From positions 288,001 through 352,000 of the forward strand of contig OY759599.1 of assembly GCA_963662465.1 (NCBI GenBank): 64,000 nucleotides of DNA. Reading direction: 5' to 3'. This document shows positions 21,467-31,308 of this stretch, one piece after another (within the stretch, counting starts at the first letter, position 1; every line of letters begins with the position of its first letter). The notes beneath the pieces were generated by a model. That model ran no database searches and was not told the origin of the DNA. It saw nothing but the letters and a program-made list of their open reading frames with translations. The translations under genes and the position numbers were made by a program. The stretch is from Desulfatiglandales bacterium. GTDB taxonomy: Bacteria > Desulfobacterota > DSM-4660 > Desulfatiglandales > Desulfatiglandaceae.

Positions 21467-22623
21467 AACGCCTTTGCCATCAACGGAATGGCCACAAACG
21501 CGCCCAATGAACTACCCAGGTTGGTCAATACAACGATCAGCAAAATCCGGGTAATCTTGTTTTTCCAGAAACCCTTGACGGAAACAATGTCTTCCGGCAG
21601 CCGTTCAAAGTCTTTTACCTTTGGTTTAACGAGAAAGACCTGCACCAGACCTGCTACCCAGCCCGCGGCGATCATGGGGTTTAAGGAGGTAACGGGGGAG
21701 GCGATGAATGCGGTCGCTATCGTCAAGGGGTGCGCCAGGGCGCAGGCGGCGCCCAGTCCGGCCAGGACGGCGTTGGCCAAAACCCACCATTTGACCATGT
21801 TCGCGCCGGCATTGGCCCCCGCCATATAGAAACCGAAAACGATCAAGACAATGACCAGTGAAGGAATCCCCCATTTTAAAAATCCCACCCATTTCCCCTT
21901 GGGGGGGATGATTTCAAGGGCCTTGATGTCCACCGGTTCATGCCAGTATCTTTTGATGCCCGGAACATGACCGGCCCCCACCACGGCAACGATTTTCTTT
22001 CCGGGCGCCGTCCTGATTTTGTATGCCAGATATTGATCCCTTTCATCGATGAGTACCCGCTGCAATTCGGGCAGCGTTTTTCCCAGTTCGCTCAACAGGG
22101 ATTCAAGGACATCCTGTTCCTTCAGTTTTTCAATGTCCTCCTTTTCAATGTCGTCCATGTCTCCCATGGAGGTGATCAATTGTATCAGCAATTTCACTTT
22201 CGTCCAGAGCCCCATGAGCCGCCACGTTCGGGACAAGGTGGTGCGGATATCCCTGTCAGCCAGGTGTATGGTCGCTTTTATGTCATTGGCCGCCGCTATG
22301 GCGCGCAACATCTCTTCCCCGGGCTTGATGCCGAGTTTTTTGCCGATTTTTTTCTGAAAGGAGGCCAGCATGAGATTGGAAAGCAGCAGAAACGCTTTTT
22401 TTTCCTTGATAACTTTGATTAAATCGGTTTCTTTCCACCTGTTTTCCTCGGTCATGGCCTGGTATCTTGACGCGCAGAGTTCCACTGCCACGGTGTCCGG
22501 TTTCTCTTCTTCGATCACGCTTGCCACCAAATCGGTACTTTCCCTGGACACGTGGGCGGTCCCGATAAGGATGATTTCCTTATCTTCCATGGTGAGGTGA
22601 TGTTTGTTATGGTCGCTGATCAT
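21463..22623 (-). CDS. TraB/GumN-family protein
   Basis: IGTAHVS, VELC, PGEEM, LIDERD, VVGAGH, C-terminal TM helices. Confidence 0.88.
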   Translation of the reverse strand: MISDHNKHHLTMEDKEIILIGTAHVSRESTDLVASVIEEEKPDTVAVELCASRYQAMTEENRWKETDLIKVIKEKKAFLLLSNLMLASFQKKIGKKLGIKPGEEMLRAIAAANDIKATIHLADRDIRTTLSRTWRLMGLWTKVKLLIQLITSMGDMDDIEKEDIEKLKEQDVLESLLSELGKTLPELQRVLIDERDQYLAYKIRTAPGKKIVAVVGAGHVPGIKRYWHEPVDIKALEIIPPKGKWVGFLKWGIPSLVIVLIVFGFYMAGANAGANMVKWWVLANAVLAGLGAACALAHPLTIATAFIASPVTSLNPMIAAGWVAGLVQVFLVKPKVKDFERLPEDIVSVKGFWKNKITRILLIVVLTNLGSSLGAFVAIPLMAKAF

Positions 22624-22782
22624 GAGTATGCCTCAAATGAGATGTGAAACAATGCCTAATAGCACAAATGTTTTCGGTTTCCAAGGGGTTTTGTTTTGAC
22701 TCCGTTCTGTTTTGTCCTTGACCTGACCACCCATCTGTGGTCGAAAAAGGGCGTGGAGGTGGGATAGATTTTTATTTGGTAT

Positions 22783-23979
22783 ATGATAAAGGACAAAGGG
22801 ATGATGGATAAGAAGATGATTTTGGCGGGATGGGTGATTGATGGGACCGGCGGTCCGGTTCGGGAGAATGTGCTTTTGCGACTGGAGAATGGTCTTTTTG
22901 AGGAAATATGGGATTTCCCTGTTGGTTCCGTTGCGTCTTCAGCTTATCTGGATTTATCAGGGCATACGCTTTTGCCGGGGCTGGTAGATGCCCATGTTCA
23001 TCTGTTCATGTCCAGCACGGAGGATCAGAACAGGCGGAAGCAACAGTTAAATGAAGGATTTTATCGGGTGAAAGAGACCATTTCCCGCCACCTGCGGCAA
23101 TTGCTTGCGCATGGTGTATTGGCGGTGAGAGACGGGGGCGACAAAGAGGGGTACGCCCTGCGCTACAAGAAAGAGTGTATGGAAGAGAAAGATTTTTCTT
23201 TTTGTCTTCATGTTGCGGGAATGGCGTGGCATAAACCTGGAAGGTATGGTAGTTTTGTGGGGCGTGCGTTAAAAACCGGCAGCCTTGCCGACGGTATTCG
23301 GAATGATCGTCATACCCTGGATCATGTGAAGATCATTCAGTCCGGGTTGAACAGCTTGACGGCGTTTGGAAAAGAAACGCCCAGCCAGTTCGGTTTGGCG
23401 GCATTGAAAGGCGCTGTGCGTGCAGCCGCTGAAAGGGGCCTCAAAACCATGGTGCATGCTAATGGTGAAATTCCCGTACAAATTGCCCTTGAAGCGGGTT
23501 GCCATTCCATTGAACACGGCTTCTTCATGGGGCAGCGGAATTTAGAGCGTATGGCGGCCGGCCATGTCTTCTGGGTTCCCACTGTCTGCACCATGAAAGG
23601 CTATGCGGCGTATGCCGGCGGCAGCGCCGGGGAACGCCGCATCGCCTTAAGAAACCTGAATCACCAACTGGAGCAGATGGCGATGGCAAGAAAACTGGGC
23701 GTGCCCGTGGCCCTTGGAACGGATGCGGGAAGTATCGGTGTACACCACGGCAGCGCCGTAATTGAAGAGCTGAAACTGTTGATGGAAGCCGGATTCTCAA
23801 TTGAAGAGGCGATAAAATGCGCCTCGCTAAATGGTATGCGACTTTTGGGCCTGGAAAAAAGAGGGTTGATAGCCAAAGGGATGAGAGCGGATTTTGTGGC
23901 GGTAAAGGGTGGGCCGGAGGGTCTGCCGAACAGCCTGAATGACATTTTTCAGATCCATATGGGTGAGCGATTTTTATGA
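22783..23979 (+). CDS. Amidohydrolase family protein
   Basis: PGLVDAHVH, HANG, SIEHG, GTDAG. Confidence 0.88.
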   Translation: MIKDKGMMDKKMILAGWVIDGTGGPVRENVLLRLENGLFEEIWDFPVGSVASSAYLDLSGHTLLPGLVDAHVHLFMSSTEDQNRRKQQLNEGFYRVKETISRHLRQLLAHGVLAVRDGGDKEGYALRYKKECMEEKDFSFCLHVAGMAWHKPGRYGSFVGRALKTGSLADGIRNDRHTLDHVKIIQSGLNSLTAFGKETPSQFGLAALKGAVRAAAERGLKTMVHANGEIPVQIALEAGCHSIEHGFFMGQRNLERMAAGHVFWVPTVCTMKGYAAYAGGSAGERRIALRNLNHQLEQMAMARKLGVPVALGTDAGSIGVHHGSAVIEELKLLMEAGFSIEEAIKCASLNGMRLLGLEKRGLIAKGMRADFVAVKGGPEGLPNSLNDIFQIHMGERFL

Positions 23980-25232
23980 TGCTGCAATTGAAATTGATTC
24001 TGTTTTTGGCAACCTTTTGCTTCGTGGTCCCAATGTTTGCGGGTTGTACGGTTTCCAAGATGCCCCAGGGAATGGAAGCGGTTCTGGTGAGCAGGGAAGA
24101 CCCTATTTTTGACAATAGTTTTGAACAACTTTCCCCGAAAGACATAGACTTGAAAAACATGTGGATGGAAAGGGACGCTTTTGGGCCCAGGGAAAATGTC
24201 GCCATTCACAACAACACCTTTGCGGATATCGCGGAAAGCGCAAAAGACGGGGTCGTCAACATTTACACCCGCAACCTGGAAGAGAAAGAAGCCCGGTTCG
24301 GGATTTCGCCCAATGATATCCTGCCCATTCGAATTCCGCTTCTTTCCTATCTGTTCGATATCATTCCCTTCAAAGTTCCCATTCCCTATAGAAGCGAGGG
24401 ATTCAGCCTCGGTTCCGGATTTATCATTAACGAACAGGGATATATTCTCACAAACGCCCATGTCATCCATAACGCAACGGATATTCGCGTGGTCCTTTCG
24501 GAAGGGAAAAAGGAATATCCCGCCAAAATAGTGGGCGCCGATAGAATTACCGATACGGCGCTCATCAGGATCGAACCGGATCACCTGTTGACGGTCCTTC
24601 CCCTGGGTAACTCGGATCGTTTGAGGATCGGCGAGATGGTGTTGGCCATCGGAAATCCATTGGGGCTGCGGCATTCCGTGACGTCGGGGATCGTGAGTGC
24701 AACGGAGCGGATCTCTCCCGGTCTCAATGAAAAACTGGTGGATTTTATTCAAACGGATTCCGCCATCAACCCCGGGAACAGCGGCGGACCATTGGTGAAT
24801 CTTCATGGCGAAGTGGTGGGCATCAATACGGCGGTGATCAGTGAGGCGCAGTCCATCGGGTTTGCCATCCCTATCAACACTGTGAAAAAAGTGATGCCCC
24901 TGCTGGTTTTGGGAAAGACGGAACGGGGCTGGCTGGGGATCCAGGCGATTCCCCTTCTGCCGGGAAAGGCCTTCGAATTGAAATATCCCGATGAGGGAGG
25001 CATTCAGGTGGTGGTGGTTGAAAAGGACAGTCCCGCGGAGGCGTCAGGCGTTAAACCCAATGACATCATTATGAGCTTAAACGGTCAACCCGTGGGGCGC
25101 TTTATTATGCTCAGACGGGAATTACTGGGGTTGAGTCCCGGCGCCGAACTGACCCTGACGATCTTCAGGGGAGGGACTATCCGGGAGATTAAGAGTGTTT
25201 TGGGAAAGAAGGCAACCGATAAGGAAAAATGA
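23976..25232 (+). CDS. HtrA/DegP-like serine protease with PDZ domain, probable lipoprotein
   Basis: FAGC lipobox, TNAHV, GNSGGP, C-terminal PDZ. Confidence 0.9.
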   Translation: MMLQLKLILFLATFCFVVPMFAGCTVSKMPQGMEAVLVSREDPIFDNSFEQLSPKDIDLKNMWMERDAFGPRENVAIHNNTFADIAESAKDGVVNIYTRNLEEKEARFGISPNDILPIRIPLLSYLFDIIPFKVPIPYRSEGFSLGSGFIINEQGYILTNAHVIHNATDIRVVLSEGKKEYPAKIVGADRITDTALIRIEPDHLLTVLPLGNSDRLRIGEMVLAIGNPLGLRHSVTSGIVSATERISPGLNEKLVDFIQTDSAINPGNSGGPLVNLHGEVVGINTAVISEAQSIGFAIPINTVKKVMPLLVLGKTERGWLGIQAIPLLPGKAFELKYPDEGGIQVVVVEKDSPAEASGVKPNDIIMSLNGQPVGRFIMLRRELLGLSPGAELTLTIFRGGTIREIKSVLGKKATDKEK

Positions 25233-25287
25233 TTTGGCTTGAGGCTGAAAACCTTCGCGGGTTTATGCTTAAGCTTTTCAAACATCT

Positions 25288-25749
25288 TTACGTTGATCCA
25301 CCCAATTCCAAATATCTCTTGCTGTATGTTTGAATGCCCTCGACAGCATTCATCAGGGGCGGCGACAACGCTAAAACCCGTTCGAAAATTTCCAGAATGG
25401 TTTGTCGCTTGTATTCATGCGCAATTTCGTTTCGAACCATGCGGATATCAACAAAATCATCGGCTGATTCAATAATACCCCGTTTTTCCGCACGATTGAT
25501 GCGGTCCCGTACAGTTCCCCGGTCATCCAGATCCAAGGCATCGAGTGTCCTGAAAACCTTCTGGATCATGATATCGCTCAACCTGGCGAAACGAGCCGTG
25601 AGCGCCTCAAAACGTTCCATTGTCTCGTTATCCAGACCGTCTTTCACGGAGAGCCGACGGCAACGGTCATAAGAAAAACGGAGTGCGTCTCGTGCCTTTC
25701 CAAGGTCATCCATTTCGTTTGCCAGGAGTTCTGTCAAAACATTACTCAC
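25288..25749 (-). CDS. HEPN-domain protein (HepT-like toxin)
   Basis: RNEIAHEY (R-x4-H) motif, downstream of MNT gene. Confidence 0.8.
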   Translation of the reverse strand: MSNVLTELLANEMDDLGKARDALRFSYDRCRRLSVKDGLDNETMERFEALTARFARLSDIMIQKVFRTLDALDLDDRGTVRDRINRAEKRGIIESADDFVDIRMVRNEIAHEYKRQTILEIFERVLALSPPLMNAVEGIQTYSKRYLELGGST

Positions 25750-26027
25750 AATAGGACCCCTTCATGCAAGGCGATTTTTACGAATGGATCCGTTGTGTCG
25801 CGGCCAATGACCAGGTGGATTGACTGGTCTTCGAGTGATTGGAAAATCCGGGCCTTGATTTTCAGTTTGTCGGCGAATGTCAGGCGCTGCGACAAGGCCA
25901 AAATGTCGATATCTCCTCCTTTTTTATTATCGTCTGTTCGAGAGCCGAATAGATAGACCTTAGCGTCCGGGTCTCGTTCTTTCACCGATTCTTTGAGGAT
26001 TTTTCTCTCGTTTTCTTTAATACGCAT
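25746..26027 (-). CDS. Minimal nucleotidyltransferase (MNT antitoxin)
   Basis: YLFGSR...GGDIDI. Confidence 0.85.
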   Translation of the reverse strand: MRIKENERKILKESVKERDPDAKVYLFGSRTDDNKKGGDIDILALSQRLTFADKLKIKARIFQSLEDQSIHLVIGRDTTDPFVKIALHEGVLL

Positions 26028-26215
26028 GGAAAAATTACGCTGATTTAGGTTAAAAGATAACAAATTCTAAGTGAAATTCATGGGATATGTCAATCTAAAA
26101 ACGCAAAATCACTTTGCATTTCGGCAGGCTTGATGATACGCTCACGCATATCTCTTGCCAAATAATAACTGCCTATGGGAGAACTGAAAATGGAAAGCGG
26201 GAAAGGAAAGCTGCT

Positions 26216-27390
26216 ATGATACCGGATTTCTTTGAGTTTTACAACCCGACAAAAGTGGTATACAGCCCTGGCATTGCTTCGGATTTCAAGGCCGAACTCG
26301 ACCTTTTGGGGGCATCAAAGTACTTCATTGTATCCGACAAGGTCATCAGCGATAATGGTCTTGTGCAAAGGGTGGTGGATGGGCTTGAATCCACCGGCAT
26401 CGAGATTACCGGGGTGTTTCTGGATGTGCCTCCTAATTCCGAGGTAAAGGCAGTCAATGCATGCGCTGAACAGGCTAAGATTTCGGGTGCTGAAGGCCTG
26501 GTAGCTGTAGGGGGGGAAGCGTTATTGATACGGCCAAGGCTGCTAACATCCTGATCTGCGAGGGCGGCGATCTTGTAGAGGATTACTCCGGCGCCCAGAC
26601 CTTGACAAAACCGCTGAACCCTTTGGTTGCAATACCAACTACTGCCGGTACAGGCAGCGAAGTAACCATGGTAGCGGTTATCTATGATGAGGAAAATAGC
26701 GTTAAGATGGCTTTTACCGATAAATTCCTCCTTCCCAATTTGGCTGTACTCGATCCTGAAATGACGATTTCAATGACGCCAAGGCTTACGGCATCGACGG
26801 CCATGGACGCGATGACCCATGCTGTGGAGGCATATGTGGGCTTGCAATGGTCGCCTGTTTCAGATGCCCTGGCATCAGGCGCCATCGAACTTATCTGTGG
26901 AAATATTGTGCAGGCCACCCGGAATGGGAGCGACATCGCGGCTCGTGGGAGTCTGTTGGTGGCTTCGACCATGGCCGGCATTGCCTTTTCCCACTCGATG
27001 GTGGGATGCGTGCATGGCATGGCCCATGCGGTTGGAGGGCTCTGTCAGGTGCCCCACGGGATTGCCAACGCGATACTCCTGCCCCATGGTCTGGAATACA
27101 ACTTTGAGGAAATCATGGAAAAATTGGCCAAGCTTGCGTCTATCATGGGTGAAGACGTATCCGGGCTATCACCAAATGATCGGGCCAGGAAGGCCATCGA
27201 ATCAGTGAGGAAACTGACTGGAAAGCTGAACGAGATGGGCGCTTTGCCCTTAAGATTGAGAGAAGTGGGCGTTCCCGAGGAACGGCTGTATGAAATTGCC
27301 GAGGCAGCGGTTATGGATGGCACCAGCTTTTATAATCCGCGAGAGGTAGTTGCCGATCAGATATTGGTGCATCTAAAGAATGCATATTAA
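26216..27390 (+). pseudogene. Iron-containing alcohol dehydrogenase, frameshifted in a G7 run
   Basis: Two ORFs (FYNPTK...; IPTTAGTGSE, DAMTHAVE, HGMAH, PHG) join as VGGGSVIDTAK if one G is added at 26510-26516. Confidence 0.85.
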
Positions 27391-27419
27391 ACATTATTGA
27401 CAGGAATGGGGGAAAATGG

Positions 27420-27833
27420 ATGGGATTTTTTAAAAGCGCTGAGGAATTTGAAGAAATGCTGGGTGGTTTTTTCAAGCAGGTCGTTGACGTACCGGTGATT
27501 GGCGATAAGCTGCTTGCTTCAAAATTAATTATCAGATTTAGCTACAGTGATCCGGATGTGGTATTATTGATTGACTGCTCAGGGGACGAGGTTGAAGTAA
27601 GGGCTGGAGACGCCGATACCAAGGCTGATGTCAATATGTCCATGAGTGCGGACATTGCTCACAAGTTCTGGTTCGGGAAGGTGAATTTGATGGCGGCTCT
27701 GACCCGGAAGCAGATGGTGGCAAAGGGGCCAATACCAAAAATATTGAAGCTTTTGCCCGCAATAAAACCTTCCTATGCCATGTATCCCAAGTATCTCGAT
27801 GACAACGGCTATGGGCAGTATAATATTTATTAG
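27420..27833 (+). CDS. SCP2 sterol/lipid-binding domain protein
   Basis: ADV.MSMSAD..HKFWFGKVNL..AL....MVAKGP pattern. Confidence 0.75.
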   Translation: MGFFKSAEEFEEMLGGFFKQVVDVPVIGDKLLASKLIIRFSYSDPDVVLLIDCSGDEVEVRAGDADTKADVNMSMSADIAHKFWFGKVNLMAALTRKQMVAKGPIPKILKLLPAIKPSYAMYPKYLDDNGYGQYNIY

Positions 27834-27916
27834 TTGCCGTTCATGACTTCAGAGGCTCAGGGTTTTTTGAGTTTTATGATGAGGCGTGAAGCGCAACTGC
27901 TTAGGAGGTATTCAGT

Positions 27917-29824
27917 ATGGGCGGTTATGCAGGGAGCATTCTTTACGTCGATCTGACATTTGGGAATATCGAGACAAGGCCCTTGGATTTGGAATTTGCC
28001 AGGGAATACATTGGCGGCCTGGGCTTTGGGACCAAAATCTATTTTGATCTCATAAAAGAGAAACCTGACTTTGACCCCCTTTCCGCGGACAACCCCTTTG
28101 TGTTGATGACCGGACCTTTAACCGGTATGAGAACCAATGCTGTCGCCAGGTGGACTGTTGGTGCAAGATCCCCCCTCACCGGATTTTGGGGCGATTGCAA
28201 TATCGGTGGTTTTTTCGGAGCGCAACTGAAATTCGCGGGCTATGACGGTATCGTGATTACCGGTGCGGCGAGCAGCCCCGCCTATATATACATCGAAGAC
28301 GCAAAGGTCGAGATAAGGGATGCACGGAAATACTGGGGAAAGGATGTTTACACTGTTAACGATGAGATGATCGCAGATCATAAAACGGTGTCTAAAAAGT
28401 CAGGCCAGGTCTTTGCAATAGGCCCTGCCGGCGAGAATCTTGTGAGATTTGCATCCATTATTAACGATAAGGGACATGTGGCCGGACGTACTGGGTTAGG
28501 CGCCGTATGGGGTGCAAAGAAACTCAAGGCCATTTTTGTCAGGGGAACCGGAAAACTCGGTGTAGAATATCCTGACAGGTTTGATAGCCTACGTTCAGAG
28601 CTCAAGGAACTTTATGACGGGAATATTACCACTGAAGGATTGCATGCCTTTGGGACTGCCTCACATATGGATATCGGCATTATATCCGGCGACATCCCCA
28701 TGAAGAACTGGCAGATGAGCGATTGGGAGCTGCTTGATGAAATCGGACCCATAGCCTATGAAGAAAAGATCCTGGCCGGTAGCGGTACGTGCTATGCGTG
28801 TGGGGTAACGTGTAAGAGAGAAGCGGAGGTGAAGAATGGAGAATTTAAATTTACAAAAGGACCCGGTCCCGAATATGAAACCATCGCTACCTTTGGGACT
28901 ATGTGCCTGAATGCCAGTCTGGAATCTATTGGTAAGGCGAACGATATTTGCAATCGCTACGGTATGGATACCATGACGTGCGGTGCGACCATTGCCTTTG
29001 CCATAGAGTGCTATGAGAACGGTTTGATAAATGAAAAAGATACTGACGGTCTGAAGCTTACGTGGGGTAATTCAGCGGCTATCGTTGCCATTGTGGAAAA
29101 GATAGGAAAGAGAGAAGGGATTGGCTCGATCCTGTCTGAGGGAAGCGCCAAAGCAGCAGAACAGATTGGCGGCAACGCCAGGGACTTCCTGACCACGGTT
29201 AAGGGTCTTGAAGCTCCCATGCATGATCCCAGGGCAGCACACAGCTACGGCCTGGCTTATGCCGTTTCGCCGAGGGGGGCATGTCACGTGGCCAGCCTCG
29301 TTTATCCGGTCGAAGGCCTTGGTATGTATTTACCTGAGATTCCGGAATTAGCAGATGAAATAACCGGAATGAACAGTGAGGGAAAGGCCAAGTTAAATAT
29401 CGCCTATCAGGATTATGGAATGTTTTTTTCCCACTGTGCAGGGTTCTGTAGTTTGGGTGCGGCAATCCTGAATGCGACCCAGGCCGTGGACATGGTAAGA
29501 CACGTGACAGGCTTTGACTACACCCTTGAAGAGGTGATGCAATTAGGGCGGAGGATCTGGTACATGAAGCGGGGTTTGTCTAATCTCTTCGGGGCTAGAG
29601 CAGGGCACGATGTTTTACCAAAGAGACTCATGACGATCATGGATACGGGCCCGACAGAGGGGAGCATCCCTGATATGGATTTGATGTTGAAGGAGTTCTA
29701 TGCGCTAAGGCGCCTTAATGAAGACGGGGTGCCGGAAAGGGTTGTACTTGAAGGGCTTGGATTAACAGAATTGGCGGTGCTTCTTTACAACAGAGTGTAT
29801 CAGGAAAAGACAAACGGAAAATAA
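27917..29824 (+). CDS. Aldehyde:ferredoxin oxidoreductase (W/Mo AOR family)
   Basis: SPLTG, AGRTGLGAV, CYACGVTC, GPEYET, HDPR, RGACH. Confidence 0.92.
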   Translation: MGGYAGSILYVDLTFGNIETRPLDLEFAREYIGGLGFGTKIYFDLIKEKPDFDPLSADNPFVLMTGPLTGMRTNAVARWTVGARSPLTGFWGDCNIGGFFGAQLKFAGYDGIVITGAASSPAYIYIEDAKVEIRDARKYWGKDVYTVNDEMIADHKTVSKKSGQVFAIGPAGENLVRFASIINDKGHVAGRTGLGAVWGAKKLKAIFVRGTGKLGVEYPDRFDSLRSELKELYDGNITTEGLHAFGTASHMDIGIISGDIPMKNWQMSDWELLDEIGPIAYEEKILAGSGTCYACGVTCKREAEVKNGEFKFTKGPGPEYETIATFGTMCLNASLESIGKANDICNRYGMDTMTCGATIAFAIECYENGLINEKDTDGLKLTWGNSAAIVAIVEKIGKREGIGSILSEGSAKAAEQIGGNARDFLTTVKGLEAPMHDPRAAHSYGLAYAVSPRGACHVASLVYPVEGLGMYLPEIPELADEITGMNSEGKAKLNIAYQDYGMFFSHCAGFCSLGAAILNATQAVDMVRHVTGFDYTLEEVMQLGRRIWYMKRGLSNLFGARAGHDVLPKRLMTIMDTGPTEGSIPDMDLMLKEFYALRRLNEDGVPERVVLEGLGLTELAVLLYNRVYQEKTNGK

Positions 29825-29840
29825 AGATGTGGAGGTTGGG

Positions 29841-29999
29841 ATGAAGTGGAGAGCGGTATGTTTGGGAATGGGTATGCTGTTGCTGCTGGTGAGCATGAGC
29901 CTTTCAGCGTGTGTTGATAAGTCCAAATGGCGCGCCAAGGACCATGGGGGTCCACCGAACTGGGAGGAAGATTTCGGCAGACCCAATTATGATTGGTGA
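29841..29999 (+). CDS. Small putative lipoprotein (52 aa)
   Basis: Below ORF-track cut-off; GGAGG RBS; MKWRAVCLGMGMLLLLVSMSLSAC-VDKSKW... with LSAC lipobox. Confidence 0.6.
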   Translation: MKWRAVCLGMGMLLLLVSMSLSACVDKSKWRAKDHGGPPNWEEDFGRPNYDW

Positions 30000-30048
30000 T
30001 GGGTTTTGTGAAAAACCGATGGCCGGTCTGAATGAATTTGGAGTTTAA

Positions 30049-31068
30049 TTGCCCGTGAACCAGGAATCTCTCATATTGATTCTGGAGGCCATGGCCATAT
30101 ATTTTTTGGTCTTATGGTCTCATTCGTTGCGCCATCGGTTTGGCCTGGCCCATTTTTATGCCCTCATCGGGGGGCTTACGGCCATCATGAGCTGGATTAC
30201 CGATGCCGGCGTTAAGGTGGAGGTTATGGGCGTTACCTTCATGGTCGGGTCCACCGTTTTTTACACATCTTTGCTGTTAAGCGCTTTTGTGGTGTATGTG
30301 TTTGATGGTCCCAGGGCCACGCGGATTGCCATTTCCACCATTGTGGGCGTATCCATCTTTGTTCCCCTCATTGCACTGGCATTGCATTTTCAGATGAATA
30401 TCACCCACCCGGCGCCCATGGGATATGTGCCGATCCCCAGTTTGAGAATCAACGCCGCTTCCGTGACGGCCACCCTGGTGGATTTGCTATTCCTGGCCAT
30501 TTCCTGGGAATTCCTGGGTCATGGGCCGTTGAAGCTTTGCCTTTGGCTTCGGGTTTTTATCACGTTGCTGGGTGTTATGTGGCTGGATGTGGTCCTTTTT
30601 GCTACGGGCGCTTTTGCTCCGGGACCGGAATATATTAGTATTATCAAAGGATCGCTTTTGAGCCGTTTGATCATTTCCATCTTTGCCTGTCCCTTTTTAT
30701 ATGTCTATTTTAAATGGCAGAACGTCAAAAAAGGGATGAGAATCGAAAACCGTCCCATATTGGCCATTCTAAAACAGGTAGCGGAAATCAAAAAAGAGTT
30801 GACACTGGCCCAGGCGGAGATTGAGCGAAGGAAGGCATTGGAGCGGGAGCGAGAGAAATTGATTGCCGAACTTCAGCAAGCCTTGTCGGAAATCAAAACC
30901 CTTCAGGGTTTTTTGCCGATCTGCGCCAGCTGTAAAAAAATTCGCGATGATGAAGGGTATTGGCAACAGATCGAACAATATATCCAGGACCGATCCGATG
31001 CCAAATTCAGCCACAGCATCTGTCCCGAATGTGCGAAAAAATTGTATCCCGATCTTGACCTGTTCTAG
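30049..31068 (+). CDS. Membrane sensor-like protein (TM domain, coiled coil, C-terminal Cys-rich domain)
   Basis: Several TM helices; PICASCKKIRDDEGYW...SHSICPEC tail typical of deltaproteobacterial signalling proteins. Confidence 0.75.
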   Translation: MPVNQESLILILEAMAIYFLVLWSHSLRHRFGLAHFYALIGGLTAIMSWITDAGVKVEVMGVTFMVGSTVFYTSLLLSAFVVYVFDGPRATRIAISTIVGVSIFVPLIALALHFQMNITHPAPMGYVPIPSLRINAASVTATLVDLLFLAISWEFLGHGPLKLCLWLRVFITLLGVMWLDVVLFATGAFAPGPEYISIIKGSLLSRLIISIFACPFLYVYFKWQNVKKGMRIENRPILAILKQVAEIKKELTLAQAEIERRKALEREREKLIAELQQALSEIKTLQGFLPICASCKKIRDDEGYWQQIEQYIQDRSDAKFSHSICPECAKKLYPDLDLF

Positions 31069-31308
31069 TTGTTTTGGGCGGAACCGGGCCAATTGTAATT
31101 GTTAACTTATTTGATGCTTTCAACGATTGTTTTTTTAAGGTTCTCATTATTTGAAATGCAGAAACAATATAAGTAATGTATTAAAAAAATAACATTCAAA
31201 TATTGACTTATTCCGATTTGTGTTTATTTTCATTCTCAACGAATGGTTTTGCCGATGCAAAAGCAGCAGGATCGCTTGAGCATATCAAACAATAAGGGGG
31301 AAATGGGA

